Virus record (IMG/VR): IMGVR_UViG_3300008459_000056
Coordinates: 1 to 56,767 of that record
From: a virus
Lineage: Duplodnaviria > Caudoviricetes
Length of the DNA stretch: 56,767 bases
Reading direction: 5' to 3' (one strand)
Shown here one piece after another: positions 9,266 to 19,588 of this stretch. A program made the translations under genes and the position numbers. The notes under the pieces were generated by a model, which ran no database searches, was not told the DNA's origin, and was given only the letters and a program-made list of their open reading frames with translations. The first letter of the stretch is position 1, and every line of letters starts with the position of its first letter.

Positions 9266-11212
9266 TTAACATTCATCATTTGGTGTTCTATTAGTATCAA
9301 ATTTAACAAAACTGGTTAGATTTATTCTATCTTGTATTATGTTTGTAGCTAACTGCTTTCTAATATAAATAGGGTAATTACCAAATAAATAATGGGCTGA
9401 ATTAACAAACGGGTAATCAACACCTATTTTGTCGTTACTACCCTCAAAAACACCAATATCCAATAAATCTCTCCAAGAAACAGTACCATCATTATTTATT
9501 TGTACATAATCTGGAAAAATTTCATCATCTTTATTATCTACGGTTTCAATCACATCTGAAAATTCCCTAATTTTTATTTTATGGTGTATTTTATATGTGT
9601 ACCCATCATAAAAATTATAAGTAACATTGTTTGGGTCAGGGTTTGTTGTATCATTAAAATAAACCTGCTTTGGAGCAAACCTACCTAAAGTTTCTGATAA
9701 AACAGTTTCATCTAAAAAAGCTCTATTATATTCAACAAAGTCACAATAATTATAAACATCATTTATTGTTTTATAGGTACCAGAAGTACCAGAAAAATTA
9801 AATTCTAAATCAGAATATGTTTCTAAATTAAATCCAGAAGTTGTTGTTAAATTAGTTGTTAACCTATTGTGGTCCATTATTTGTAAAGTTTCAGACCAAT
9901 TAAAATAACCATCATAACCATTAGCTACGGAACTAGATCTTTTTACTACTGTTAAAAATAAATCACTAATAGGTCTGCCTAAATTATCTCTTAACCCCGA
10001 AACATCTATGTCTTTATTAAAATGAAATAAAAAAACCTTATTTAAGGCATTGTCATTAAATATGTTGGTGGAAAAAGAAGCACGATAAACTTCATAGTCT
10101 TTTGGTTCGGTTATTATTTTAAATTGTCTAAAATAATATTCAGAAGGTACACCATCTAAATACTTATAAAGTAAACTATAGTTTATTAAATTTAAAGTAT
10201 TTCCTTGTGGTGTAAAATCATATTTTATAACAAAAGTATCTAATGTAGGCGTAGACACAACCTTATACAAATTATTTAATTTATCAATAACAACATTAGA
10301 AGTTGTTGTTCCCACCCTAACTTCAACAAAATCGTTAACTCTTAATGTATGTCCTTGACTAAAAATCTTAATATATTCTAATGTTGTACCCGTTTGTTGT
10401 CCATTAGCATCACATCTTTGTATTTGTGAAGTCGCTATTGAATTTGAAAAAGAAAAATCGTTTAGTGATGGTTCAAAAACCCTTTTGCCTGTTGCAAAAA
10501 ATGGTATCTGTATTGGTACATTTTGTGGTGCACCTGGAGGTCCAGAAACTGTTGTTGTTGGTGTTATGTATTCTGTTTCTAAAATTAATCCATAATCTTC
10601 ATTACCAGCCTCAAAATCTAATATTCTATGAAAACCCAAATAATTAACCGTATTAACACCGTCTGAAATAAAATTAGATGTTGGACTCATATATAAAAAC
10701 TCATCAGTGTTTTTTATACCGTGTTTTTGTGATGTTCTAACCAAAATGTTAACAGTACCAGTGGTATAATTGTATGGTAACAACTCTTTAATTTGAAAAC
10801 CTCTATTGGCCTCTGTTGTATTTTGTGGTTCTTCTCTACCTAATGTTATAATTTTTTTAGTGTCGTTAGAACTAAAGGGATAAGTTATTTGTAATAACCA
10901 AGTTCTAGGTAAAAAGGATTGATCTAATTCTTCTGGTGACCAAACATCATTGCCTAGTGGAACACTTGACCAAGTATCAATGATTGTATTATCTGTCACT
11001 ATCTCAATCTTACCGTTAATTCTGTATTTTAATATCTCATTTCTTTCAATATCTGTTTGTTGTATGGAATTAACTACATAAAGATAATCATCTGGTTCAG
11101 TTAAGCCTTTTTTAGAGTTTAATTCGATCGGTATAAAAGTTTGGCTATTTAAAGCCAAAGCATGTCTCTTTGATGGAGCGACGTATTTTATTTTATAATC
11201 AGAATTAGACAC
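9266..11212 (-). CDS. virion structural protein (baseplate region)
   Basis: Two H-G/T-L/I-x-x-x-D beta-modules (KHGIKNTD, GHTLRVNDFVEV); located in the structural cluster. Confidence 0.5.
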   Translation of the reverse strand: MSNSDYKIKYVAPSKRHALALNSQTFIPIELNSKKGLTEPDDYLYVVNSIQQTDIERNEILKYRINGKIEIVTDNTIIDTWSSVPLGNDVWSPEELDQSFLPRTWLLQITYPFSSNDTKKIITLGREEPQNTTEANRGFQIKELLPYNYTTGTVNILVRTSQKHGIKNTDEFLYMSPTSNFISDGVNTVNYLGFHRILDFEAGNEDYGLILETEYITPTTTVSGPPGAPQNVPIQIPFFATGKRVFEPSLNDFSFSNSIATSQIQRCDANGQQTGTTLEYIKIFSQGHTLRVNDFVEVRVGTTTSNVVIDKLNNLYKVVSTPTLDTFVIKYDFTPQGNTLNLINYSLLYKYLDGVPSEYYFRQFKIITEPKDYEVYRASFSTNIFNDNALNKVFLFHFNKDIDVSGLRDNLGRPISDLFLTVVKRSSSVANGYDGYFNWSETLQIMDHNRLTTNLTTTSGFNLETYSDLEFNFSGTSGTYKTINDVYNYCDFVEYNRAFLDETVLSETLGRFAPKQVYFNDTTNPDPNNVTYNFYDGYTYKIHHKIKIREFSDVIETVDNKDDEIFPDYVQINNDGTVSWRDLLDIGVFEGSNDKIGVDYPFVNSAHYLFGNYPIYIRKQLATNIIQDRINLTSFVKFDTNRTPNDEC

Positions 11213-13253
11213 CTAAATTGTTTTTTAAATAAGTTAAAGCGTTATTATTTTTTTCTAAACCAAAAAAGAAAGCGTACCAACCTTTTTTTGATTTTTCACC
11301 ACCATTAGTACCAGTAGATTCTGTTATTAACTCGGTCACACCTTGTGTGGTTTCTTTATCTAATCTATTCGGAAAATTAGCAAAACCAGATGCATCAACA
11401 CCTAATGATGATGTTAATGGTATAAAATGATCTTTTAGATTAATATTTGAGGTAGCATTGTTTATAGTACCGTTATTATAAATACTTAAAAAAGCTGAGG
11501 TTGGGTCTAATGGTCCGTTGGGTTTAAAAATTTTTATTATTTCTGTTATATCTAAAGTATTTTTAACACCTAAATAATTATTGTAAACTAAAACTCCCCC
11601 ATTTGGTGGTGTTGGGGATGATAAAGCATCAAAAGAATTGGCTATTTTAACACACCATTCGTCACCTTCACATTTAAGTCTCATAAAATAAAGTGAACCG
11701 TAACAAATACCTTTAGCCAAAAAACCGTTTATTTTACCAAAACGATCTTCACCACCAACCTGATAAGTCACTGGATATCTAGTTCTATTAGTATTTCCAT
11801 TAAATCCTTGATTACCTGCTATAGCTATTCTTACATCATCATCACCAGTATCACTAGATGCACCATTAAAATTACCAGGTGTATAAATTAATTTTTTTCT
11901 ATTTTTTAAATCGTATTTGTATTTTGTTGTTGGTATTCTGTGATTAGCGTGACCAGAACAATCATTAGAAGGTCCGCAACTAGTATCTGTTATATTTTCA
12001 GTAAGACTATGAACATACACAGTATATCTACCACTAGTGGGTATTCCTTTATTTGGATCATTAGAGGGTATTGTATTACCCAATTCATCTGTTATCACGT
12101 TGTCTTCGTACATTGGTAAGGGGTATAAAACTTGTCCGTTTGTGAATTGTATACCAACTAAATCGTCTCCATTAGCCCCAAAAGCTAAGGCCTCCACACC
12201 AACACCTAATCTAACCATTTTACCTATTGCTCTAAAATTATCACTATTACCACCAAGAATATCATTACAACCCCTAGATATTCTAGCATCATCATAATTA
12301 GTAAAAGCCTCAAACATTAATATAGCTGAAGGAACTATTTTTTTAGTTAGTTTAAAATCTAACCTAGTTATACCAATTTCGCATTGTTCAGTATTACCCC
12401 AAAAAGGTACCACATCTACTGATAAGTTTTGTGTTTCTATTTGTGGTAGTTCATCTAAATTAGTACTACTCTTAAATTTATTACCGTCGAAAATGCTACT
12501 TGGGTATCCTAAGTTTATGTAGTCATCTACAGTTAAACTTGCAGCACCGGTATCACTTAAATCAACATCCATATGAACCGTTTTTGTACCAATAGGAACA
12601 CCAAATATCATATAATCACCAGATTCATTAGTTCTAGTTGTGTATTTATAATATTTATCATAAATTTCTAATAAAGTATCATTGTCTAAAATTTCAAATT
12701 TAGAAGGGAAAGTTCCTACCGGAACTGTTGGTCCATTACCTATTATTGTTCTTTTCCAAATAGAAAAATTACCAGTCCCAAAATTAGACGAGACTAATAT
12801 CCATGGGCCTGTATATGTACCTAAACTTGTAGCATAACTATTTGCGTAATAATCCTGTGGTTGTAATAATTGTCCGTTTGACCCGTTAGGTACCTTAATT
12901 GTTACTTGAAATTCTTTCCCTGTGTTAGGTAACAAATTATATCTAATACCAACATTATTAGTATCTAAAGGTGTTATATAAGGATATAGATTATTTATTA
13001 AAGGGTTTTCAGCGTCCTCATCCGATAATGGTATAAAAACAGATATTTTAGCATTTTCAACACCAAAACCGTCATTAGCTATTACTCTGCCAGCAACAAC
13101 ACCATAATTTGAACAAAAGTTTCTATAAGCTTCTTCTTGTGTTATTTTTAAGCTTAAAAAATCTAATGTATCAAATTCCTGTTCAATTTTTACTACTATG
13201 TTTTTACTTGACCCAGGTTCTGTACGTAATCTTATGCTTTTATTAGCTTTCAT
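11205..13253 (-). CDS. virion structural protein with carboxypeptidase-regulatory/Ig-like N-terminal domain
   Basis: GVVAGRV..GVENAKISVF and TTRTNESGDYMIFGVPIG beta-sandwich motifs; 8-nt overlap with the downstream gene. Confidence 0.5.
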   Translation of the reverse strand: MKANKSIRLRTEPGSSKNIVVKIEQEFDTLDFLSLKITQEEAYRNFCSNYGVVAGRVIANDGFGVENAKISVFIPLSDEDAENPLINNLYPYITPLDTNNVGIRYNLLPNTGKEFQVTIKVPNGSNGQLLQPQDYYANSYATSLGTYTGPWILVSSNFGTGNFSIWKRTIIGNGPTVPVGTFPSKFEILDNDTLLEIYDKYYKYTTRTNESGDYMIFGVPIGTKTVHMDVDLSDTGAASLTVDDYINLGYPSSIFDGNKFKSSTNLDELPQIETQNLSVDVVPFWGNTEQCEIGITRLDFKLTKKIVPSAILMFEAFTNYDDARISRGCNDILGGNSDNFRAIGKMVRLGVGVEALAFGANGDDLVGIQFTNGQVLYPLPMYEDNVITDELGNTIPSNDPNKGIPTSGRYTVYVHSLTENITDTSCGPSNDCSGHANHRIPTTKYKYDLKNRKKLIYTPGNFNGASSDTGDDDVRIAIAGNQGFNGNTNRTRYPVTYQVGGEDRFGKINGFLAKGICYGSLYFMRLKCEGDEWCVKIANSFDALSSPTPPNGGVLVYNNYLGVKNTLDITEIIKIFKPNGPLDPTSAFLSIYNNGTINNATSNINLKDHFIPLTSSLGVDASGFANFPNRLDKETTQGVTELITESTGTNGGEKSKKGWYAFFFGLEKNNNALTYLKNNLGV

Positions 13254-13813
13254 TACTTTTCTAGGATATAGGTTTTTTGTGTAAATTTATTTTGGTATGC
13301 AATTTTACCTCTCCTAAGTAATGGTAATTCACCCCTTACTAAAGTCAATCTTTTTTCTTTTAAAACTGAATCATCTTTTTTTAAGAAAAAACCAATAAAA
13401 TTATTTAAGATGACAGGGCCATTATTTTTATTATCACTATAACCACCATCTTTTTTAGAAGTTACTTTTTCTTCAGATACTATTGTTTCAGATTCTAAAG
13501 TATTATTTTTATTTTTTAGTCCAGGTTTTAATTCACCATCTGTCTCTAATAAACCTAAATCAGATTTAGTGAATATGTTATCATACCCACACTCTTCTAT
13601 AGTGGGACAAATTTCTTCTTCTTTTGTACACCATTTTTCACCAGAAATAAATATTGTTGTAGACGGTATAAATTGTTCTATAAACCTAACCCAAAAGTTT
13701 TGGAAGTTCTTTTTATAGGCCAATAATTGTTGCAAGTCTAATTTTTTAGTACAATTATCGAAATTTGCTGGTACTGTAATTAACTGAGTTGTTCCAGAGG
13801 TACTTCCTGTCAT
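13253..13813 (-). CDS. structural protein; possible separated C-terminal part of a gpI-like baseplate wedge protein
   Basis: FWVRFIEQFIPSTTIFISG motif; TAATG coupling with the downstream gene. Confidence 0.45.
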   Translation of the reverse strand: MTGSTSGTTQLITVPANFDNCTKKLDLQQLLAYKKNFQNFWVRFIEQFIPSTTIFISGEKWCTKEEEICPTIEECGYDNIFTKSDLGLLETDGELKPGLKNKNNTLESETIVSEEKVTSKKDGGYSDNKNNGPVILNNFIGFFLKKDDSVLKEKRLTLVRGELPLLRRGKIAYQNKFTQKTYILEK

Positions 13814-13819
13814 TTTTTA

Positions 13820-16300
13820 TTATCTTATTAAGTATAATGCAATATCTTCATTAATATCTTTCATTTTTATCCATCTAGTAGGGATTTGTTGATTTTTTAA
13901 AACTTTAATTTGGCCCATTAAACCAACAATATTCCATTCTGGTCTTTTAGCTCTAGGAACATAAGTAATATTTGGATCAAAATTTTGATTTAGTTTACGT
14001 CTTTGTCCTGTTACTGTTTTATAAATTGTTTCTCCACTAATATTAATATAGTCAAAATCTTCATAAGTGTAGTCTTCCATTACAAAATTACCCCACACAT
14101 CTTTTTCGTATTTACCAACCCATTCATCAGCAGTACCTTCATCGTTGTTTCCTACCACGGTTGGGTTAGAAGAAATGACACCGATAGCTTTATCTGAATC
14201 TTGGCAAACTTTTACTTTATCATTTTCTAATTCTACAACAGTACCATAAGGTATTTTTTCACCGTTTACAGATTCAAAATATTCAGCGTAGTCAGCACCA
14301 GTATTATAAGTAGCCCCAGCACCATAAACATTTCCTGCTGAATCAACTCTGAATGCATTTGACCTAGCAGTCGGCCCTGTACCATTACCTATAATAAAAT
14401 ATTGTAAAGTGTTACCAGTTGTATTCCATAAACCAGATACGTGTTGGTATACTTCATATGATACAGTACCAAAACCTTCAGCGTGAGAATAATTTGCTGA
14501 AGCTGTTGTTTGTCTACCTTCAGCGTGTGAACGACTACCAGAAGCTATTGTTACACCACCTTCAGCGTGTGAAAAATCACCTGTTACTACTGTAAGAAAA
14601 CCTTCAGTGTGAGAAGCTACACCTATAGCTGCTGTTTGAGAACCTTCAGCGTGGGAATAATTGCCTAATGCCGTTGTCCCATTACCTTCAGTATGTGAAT
14701 ATTGTCCCAAAGAAGTTGTAAACCCACCCTCAGCGTGAGACCAATTACCTAAAGCCTTTGTTGTATTACCCTCAGCGTGGGAGGTATCACCTGTTGCTGT
14801 TGTTTGAAAACCTTCAGTATGTGAACCTTTTGCTAAAGCTTTTGTTCCTTCACCTTCAGAGTGAGAATAATTTCCTGATGCGGTTGTTGTTACACCTTCA
14901 GCATGTGACCAAAGACCATTTGTTATTGAGTATAAACCTTCGGTATGAGAGTGATTAGCTATTGAAGTGGTACCTAATCCTTCAGCGTGAGAATATTGTC
15001 CAGTAGATGTTGTTAACTCACCTTCACTATGTGAATACTGACCTAAAGATGTTGTTGTAAAACCTTCTGAGTGTGAAAATGCTCCCAAACCTACTGTGTT
15101 GCTACCTTCAGAGTGAGAATAATTTCCTGAGGTTGTCGTAGTAAAACCTTCTGAATGTGAGTATTGTCCTGATGCGGTTGTTCCTCTACCTTCAGCGTGA
15201 GAACCAAAACTTAATGCCCTAGTGAATCTACCTTCAGCATGTGAATAATCACCTATTGTTGTGGTTTGATAACCTTCAGTGTGAGAATAAGCCCCTAAAG
15301 AGTATGTTATTCTACCTTCAGCGTGAGAACTACCCCCTGAAGAAACTGTAGATACCCCTTCAGCATGTCCATTTATAGATATCGTTAAAATACCTTCAGC
15401 GTGACCAGCAATAGCTGTTGTTGATTGTCCCTCAGCATGGCCACCAGAAACAGCTGTTGTTAAACTACCTTCAGCGTGACCAAGAATGGCGACAGTATAT
15501 TGGCCTTCAGCATGTGAAGCACTACCTATAGCGGTTGTACTTTTACCTTCAGCATGAGAACCACCTCCTGATGCGGTTGTTGTCTCACCTTCAGCGTGTG
15601 AATATAATCCCGATGCCGTTGTTGAAAGACCTTCAGTGTGAGAACCTTGTCCTGATGCTGTTGTATTAATACCTTCTGCGTGTGAACTAATTCCTATTGC
15701 TGTTGTTAACGCACCCTCTGTGTGAGAATACTCACCAAGTGCTGTAGTTAAAATACCTTCAGCGTGAGAACTTTGTCCTGATGCTGTTGTCCAAGTACCT
15801 TCTGAGTGAGAATAAGTACCAAAAGATGTTGTTCCACTACCTTCAGAGTGTGAATAGTTTCCAATAGAACTATTATTATCACCAAAAGATAGTGAAAGAG
15901 TACCTGACACAAAAGAACCATTTGATTGGGTACTATCCCAAACAGTAATTGGCGAACACCCGTGTAGGTTAGAAATATATAAATCAGTAATACAGGTTGC
16001 TGATGTGTTTCCTGTGAATGTTCCACCACCTCCTCCAGATAAAGAAGATAAATCTACCACAATTTGTGGTTCACCATTATTTCTATCTAATTCTAAATCA
16101 GTTCCATTTAATGTGGCTCCTGTTAAATATGTATCAGTACTAATCACAGTTCCACCAGTAAACAAAGGAGCTAATAAAGAGAGGGGTGATTTATAAGAAG
16201 AACCCGCTGGGTCTTGTGATATATCGTCAGTATTTACAATATGTATATAAGTGTTGTTTAATGTTACACCTGTTGCCGTACTTCTTTGAGTTAATTTCAT
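13820..16300 (-). CDS. tail fibre/spike with YadA-head-like SHAEG repeats and C-terminal intramolecular chaperone (Peptidase_G2/IMC-like) domain
   Basis: 34 HxEG repeats; GADYAEYFE, IGVIS and RPEWNIVGLMGQI motifs of IMC autoproteolytic domains. Confidence 0.8.
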   Translation of the reverse strand: MKLTQRSTATGVTLNNTYIHIVNTDDISQDPAGSSYKSPLSLLAPLFTGGTVISTDTYLTGATLNGTDLELDRNNGEPQIVVDLSSLSGGGGGTFTGNTSATCITDLYISNLHGCSPITVWDSTQSNGSFVSGTLSLSFGDNNSSIGNYSHSEGSGTTSFGTYSHSEGTWTTASGQSSHAEGILTTALGEYSHTEGALTTAIGISSHAEGINTTASGQGSHTEGLSTTASGLYSHAEGETTTASGGGSHAEGKSTTAIGSASHAEGQYTVAILGHAEGSLTTAVSGGHAEGQSTTAIAGHAEGILTISINGHAEGVSTVSSGGSSHAEGRITYSLGAYSHTEGYQTTTIGDYSHAEGRFTRALSFGSHAEGRGTTASGQYSHSEGFTTTTSGNYSHSEGSNTVGLGAFSHSEGFTTTSLGQYSHSEGELTTSTGQYSHAEGLGTTSIANHSHTEGLYSITNGLWSHAEGVTTTASGNYSHSEGEGTKALAKGSHTEGFQTTATGDTSHAEGNTTKALGNWSHAEGGFTTSLGQYSHTEGNGTTALGNYSHAEGSQTAAIGVASHTEGFLTVVTGDFSHAEGGVTIASGSRSHAEGRQTTASANYSHAEGFGTVSYEVYQHVSGLWNTTGNTLQYFIIGNGTGPTARSNAFRVDSAGNVYGAGATYNTGADYAEYFESVNGEKIPYGTVVELENDKVKVCQDSDKAIGVISSNPTVVGNNDEGTADEWVGKYEKDVWGNFVMEDYTYEDFDYINISGETIYKTVTGQRRKLNQNFDPNITYVPRAKRPEWNIVGLMGQIKVLKNQQIPTRWIKMKDINEDIALYLIR
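14474..15862 (-). repeat. coding tandem repeat, mostly 42-bp period (GxxSH[AST]EGxxTxA/S), 34 units
   Basis: Recurring ccttc(a/t)g(c/a/t)(g/a)tg(a/t)ga on the plus strand; four units shortened to 12-13 aa. Confidence 0.9.
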
Positions 16301-16314
16301 TTTTTTTGTTTATT

Positions 16315-16322
16315 TATAAATA
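16315..16322 (-). promoter_or_regulatory. TATTTATA motif (putative phage late promoter)
   Basis: 14 nt upstream of the fibre ATG. Confidence 0.55.
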
Positions 16323-16338
16323 TTATTTTTTATTTATT

Positions 16339-19300
16339 TTAAAAATCCATAAAGTCATATCTTTGTCCGTCTTGAAAATCAAAATCAATTCCGTCTTGGA
16401 ATTGTTTACTAACTATGTCTACGTATTTATAACATGTGTTTGTACCAGCACTTAAAGTAAATCCGTTTGGACAAGGCGTGTATTCATAACAACATGTAGA
16501 ACACATATTAAAAGTTAAGTAAACTTCTTTGCTGTTCAAGACTAGTCTACTATCTCTTTCATATAAACCAGATTGTTCAAAATAATTTGTATATCTCCAA
16601 GGTAAATCCGCATCGGGGCTTGGAGCAAACACTCTGTTTATTGTTTGTTCGGTATTTTTAACCCAAGATTTTTTATTGTCAATTACTTTTTTTAATTTAA
16701 AACCTGGACAAGAATTATAATTAGTAAATGTAAAACTATCTTGTTTAGTACACTCTACTTTAATATCATCAACAAATATATCATACTCACAACATTCATT
16801 TAACCCATTAATAACTAATTTTACTTTAAAAGGTGTCGTTGTATCATTAATAATACTACTCGATATTTCTGTCCATTGGCAATAACCGTCTGAAGCTAAA
16901 TTAAAGGTACTTACTATATCTGTTTGAATTACCGTATTATCCATACTATCACCAGTATAAACAATCAAACTAGCTGTAACTTCTTCACCATTTAACGGTT
17001 CACAATCTTGTGAATCTGGTCTCTCTAAATAAAAAGACGCTGATACGGTTAAATTAGTACATTCAAGGTCATCTACTAAAATTTCATTTTCACTTAAACC
17101 AAATTCAATTGGAGTAGGTATTAAAGCCGGGTTCCAGTAACAAACCCCATTTACATATTGCCACCCTAAATCTTCACCTAATGTTAAACAACAAACTTGA
17201 CTAAGATTTTCAAAAGTATTTTCCCCATTTGGTTCTTCTGGGTCAATAGGTACTTCAGTATCACAAGGACTTATTGGTGGTCCAGTTTCTGTTGGTGGTG
17301 GTGGCTCTACCCCAAAAACGGGTATTCCTTTATTGTTTATAATTGTATTATTATTTGTAATTATACCACCAATAGGTACTTGGCACATACAATATGTGCC
17401 TGTTTGTGTTGTATTACAAGGGTTGGTTGGTAATAAAAGTGGTGCCCCTAATAATGCCTGACCTACACTACTGGGGATAACTAAATCCAAATATATTTCA
17501 CCCGTTAAACCGTCTCTACCTAATATTGTTACAACTCTTGGTGTGGTGTCTAAATACTGAGCAAAGCAACTATTTTGTAAATTATCCCAAAAAGAACTAC
17601 CTAAATAAACTTGTTGACAAATAACTTGTCCGGCAACCCAACCATAAGAATCAAAACCAGTACCATTAATTGTTAACAAATAATCATTAGCGTTAATTTG
17701 TTGTCCACAAATACTAATAACACCACTAGTTGTTGGCCACCAAGATAAATTATTCGGTCCACCTAAAAATTGTGATAAACCTGTTGTTGTATTTGGACTA
17801 GCGAAACTATAAGAAGTAAATTCTTTTAATACAACACCACAATCACAACCACCTGTTCCACCGCCTGTATCTGTTCCACCGCCTGTATCTGTTCCACCGC
17901 CTGTATCTGTTCCACCGCCTGTATCTGTTCCACCGCCTGGATTTATGTAGACATAACAAACTTGTGCCGTAGGTGAAGCGTTTTGTTCAGTACATAATGA
18001 TAAAAAGGAACTATCAATTAAATTAGTAATATTTAATCTAGTTGTTATTGTATAGGTACCATCACCGTTGTTGAATACTTCTGCCTGAAAATTATCATTA
18101 CCGGCAACCCTAGTTTGACCATTAAATTGACTAGTATTAACAAAGTTAGTCCAACAAGGTCCAGAAGGACCAGGCGTACTCATTAAATTAGTTATCTCAA
18201 TGTCTATACCATATGTTATATTACTCAATAGGGAACTATTGGAGTTAGTTTTTAGTGTTAATAAGAAAGTTCCAGCAGGGAAAAAATCATCTGCATCATC
18301 TGGGTCTCTAACTTCGTTTTCACCAACTTTTCTGTAATACCAACTAACCACATTAAAACAACCCTCTGTTGGGTCTACATCAGTACCACCACTACCACCA
18401 CCACTACCGCCACCACCAAAATCAATATCACCAAAATCGATATCGATATCTATTGGGTCAAAACCACCACCACCGGTGTTTGAATCCGCACAAGTGGGTT
18501 GTGAACTATCATAGACAACAGTACCATTTTCTAGATATATTACATCTTCTATACATAAATCACAAGGTTCACTGTTAAGTACATCATCTTTGATACATGC
18601 ACCGAATTTATTGTTACCTAAATCATAGTTAGGTACATAACTATACCCTTCTTGTGTGTTACAACAAGCCTCACTAACAGGTAAACCCGTATCACCATCT
18701 ATTAAAACACCTTCAATTGTTAAAGCTAAATTAATTGGGCAATCGGTTGGCTGGGTTAATCTACAAAATTGACCATCCCAATAAACATCTTGTCCCACAA
18801 CATCAGGGTCACAACATTGTTCTGTTAATGGTTGTAATAAATTAAAATTATCTAAAAAATCTGTTAAGATAATATCACCCAAAGAATTTCCACCATCACC
18901 ATTTTCTGTTTCAGTAGGACCGTCCAACTCACCACTACTAAAATCTGTTAAAATAATATCACCACTATATATACAACAGTTATTACAATCAAATACAGCG
19001 TTAGGGTTATAATTTAAAGCATTTGGGTCTAAACAACCAGTAACGTTACCTGATGGATATTCACAACAACCACTAGTGTAACTACCACCTAAATCTAAAC
19101 TTACATCACCATTAGGTCCACAAGGTATTGATGCTAGTGGATTATAATTTAAAGCAGATGGGTCAACACAACCTATTATATCTTCTATTGGTCCTGTTGG
19201 TGTTGTTAATGATTTTGTTATCCCAGCAAAACTAATATTTGTAGAATCTGATGGATTATTTGTTGTTATACCCGTGTTTTGTGTATTACCAAGAATATTA

Positions 19301-19548
19301 TAATAAACAACCCCCTCTTGTGTTATTGTTATACCCGTTGGGCAAACGTCATAAATACAAGTACAGTTATCTATTAAAGCTTCTGGGTTATAGTTTATAG
19401 CAGTTGGATCGGTACATCCTGAGATTTGACCCTCATATGAACAACCACCATCATCTAGTGTTGCTTCTTCATCAAAATTAGTGGCTAATGGGTCGGTACA
19501 ACCTAAAACAACTTCTGATGGGTCTAAATCTTCAATAGTACAAGCCAT
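16339..19548 (-). CDS. Cys-rich virion protein with GC(T/V/L)DP repeats and Gly-rich linkers
   Basis: Four GCxDPxAxN(Y/F) repeats, three CC..C modules, GGGTDT repeats and a C-terminal FQDG x2 motif. Confidence 0.6.
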   Translation of the reverse strand: MACTIEDLDPSEVVLGCTDPLATNFDEEATLDDGGCSYEGQISGCTDPTAINYNPEALIDNCTCIYDVCPTGITITQEGVVYYNILGNTQNTGITTNNPSDSTNISFAGITKSLTTPTGPIEDIIGCVDPSALNYNPLASIPCGPNGDVSLDLGGSYTSGCCEYPSGNVTGCLDPNALNYNPNAVFDCNNCCIYSGDIILTDFSSGELDGPTETENGDGGNSLGDIILTDFLDNFNLLQPLTEQCCDPDVVGQDVYWDGQFCRLTQPTDCPINLALTIEGVLIDGDTGLPVSEACCNTQEGYSYVPNYDLGNNKFGACIKDDVLNSEPCDLCIEDVIYLENGTVVYDSSQPTCADSNTGGGGFDPIDIDIDFGDIDFGGGGSGGGSGGTDVDPTEGCFNVVSWYYRKVGENEVRDPDDADDFFPAGTFLLTLKTNSNSSLLSNITYGIDIEITNLMSTPGPSGPCWTNFVNTSQFNGQTRVAGNDNFQAEVFNNGDGTYTITTRLNITNLIDSSFLSLCTEQNASPTAQVCYVYINPGGGTDTGGGTDTGGGTDTGGGTDTGGGTGGCDCGVVLKEFTSYSFASPNTTTGLSQFLGGPNNLSWWPTTSGVISICGQQINANDYLLTINGTGFDSYGWVAGQVICQQVYLGSSFWDNLQNSCFAQYLDTTPRVVTILGRDGLTGEIYLDLVIPSSVGQALLGAPLLLPTNPCNTTQTGTYCMCQVPIGGIITNNNTIINNKGIPVFGVEPPPPTETGPPISPCDTEVPIDPEEPNGENTFENLSQVCCLTLGEDLGWQYVNGVCYWNPALIPTPIEFGLSENEILVDDLECTNLTVSASFYLERPDSQDCEPLNGEEVTASLIVYTGDSMDNTVIQTDIVSTFNLASDGYCQWTEISSSIINDTTTPFKVKLVINGLNECCEYDIFVDDIKVECTKQDSFTFTNYNSCPGFKLKKVIDNKKSWVKNTEQTINRVFAPSPDADLPWRYTNYFEQSGLYERDSRLVLNSKEVYLTFNMCSTCCYEYTPCPNGFTLSAGTNTCYKYVDIVSKQFQDGIDFDFQDGQRYDFMDF
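17853..17939. repeat. perfect 18-bp tandem repeat (ctgttccaccgcctgtat x4.8) encoding GGGTDT
   Basis: Identical units read directly from the sequence. Confidence 0.95.
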
Positions 19549-19564
19549 TATTTATATTATTTTT

Positions 19565-19572
19565 TATAAATA
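19565..19572 (-). promoter_or_regulatory. TATTTATA motif (putative phage late promoter)
   Basis: 16 nt upstream of the ATG at 19548. Confidence 0.55.
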
Positions 19573-19588
19573 TTTTTATTTTATTTTT

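Noticed and set aside
14474-15862. CRISPR-like array of regularly spaced ccttcagcgtg motifs
   Set aside because: The period is a multiple of 3, units vary at wobble positions and they lie inside one open frame, so this is a protein repeat. No cas operon is present.
13820-19548. Diversity-generating retroelement acting on the fibre
   Set aside because: No reverse transcriptase gene and no template/variable repeat pair differing at adenines was seen in the window.
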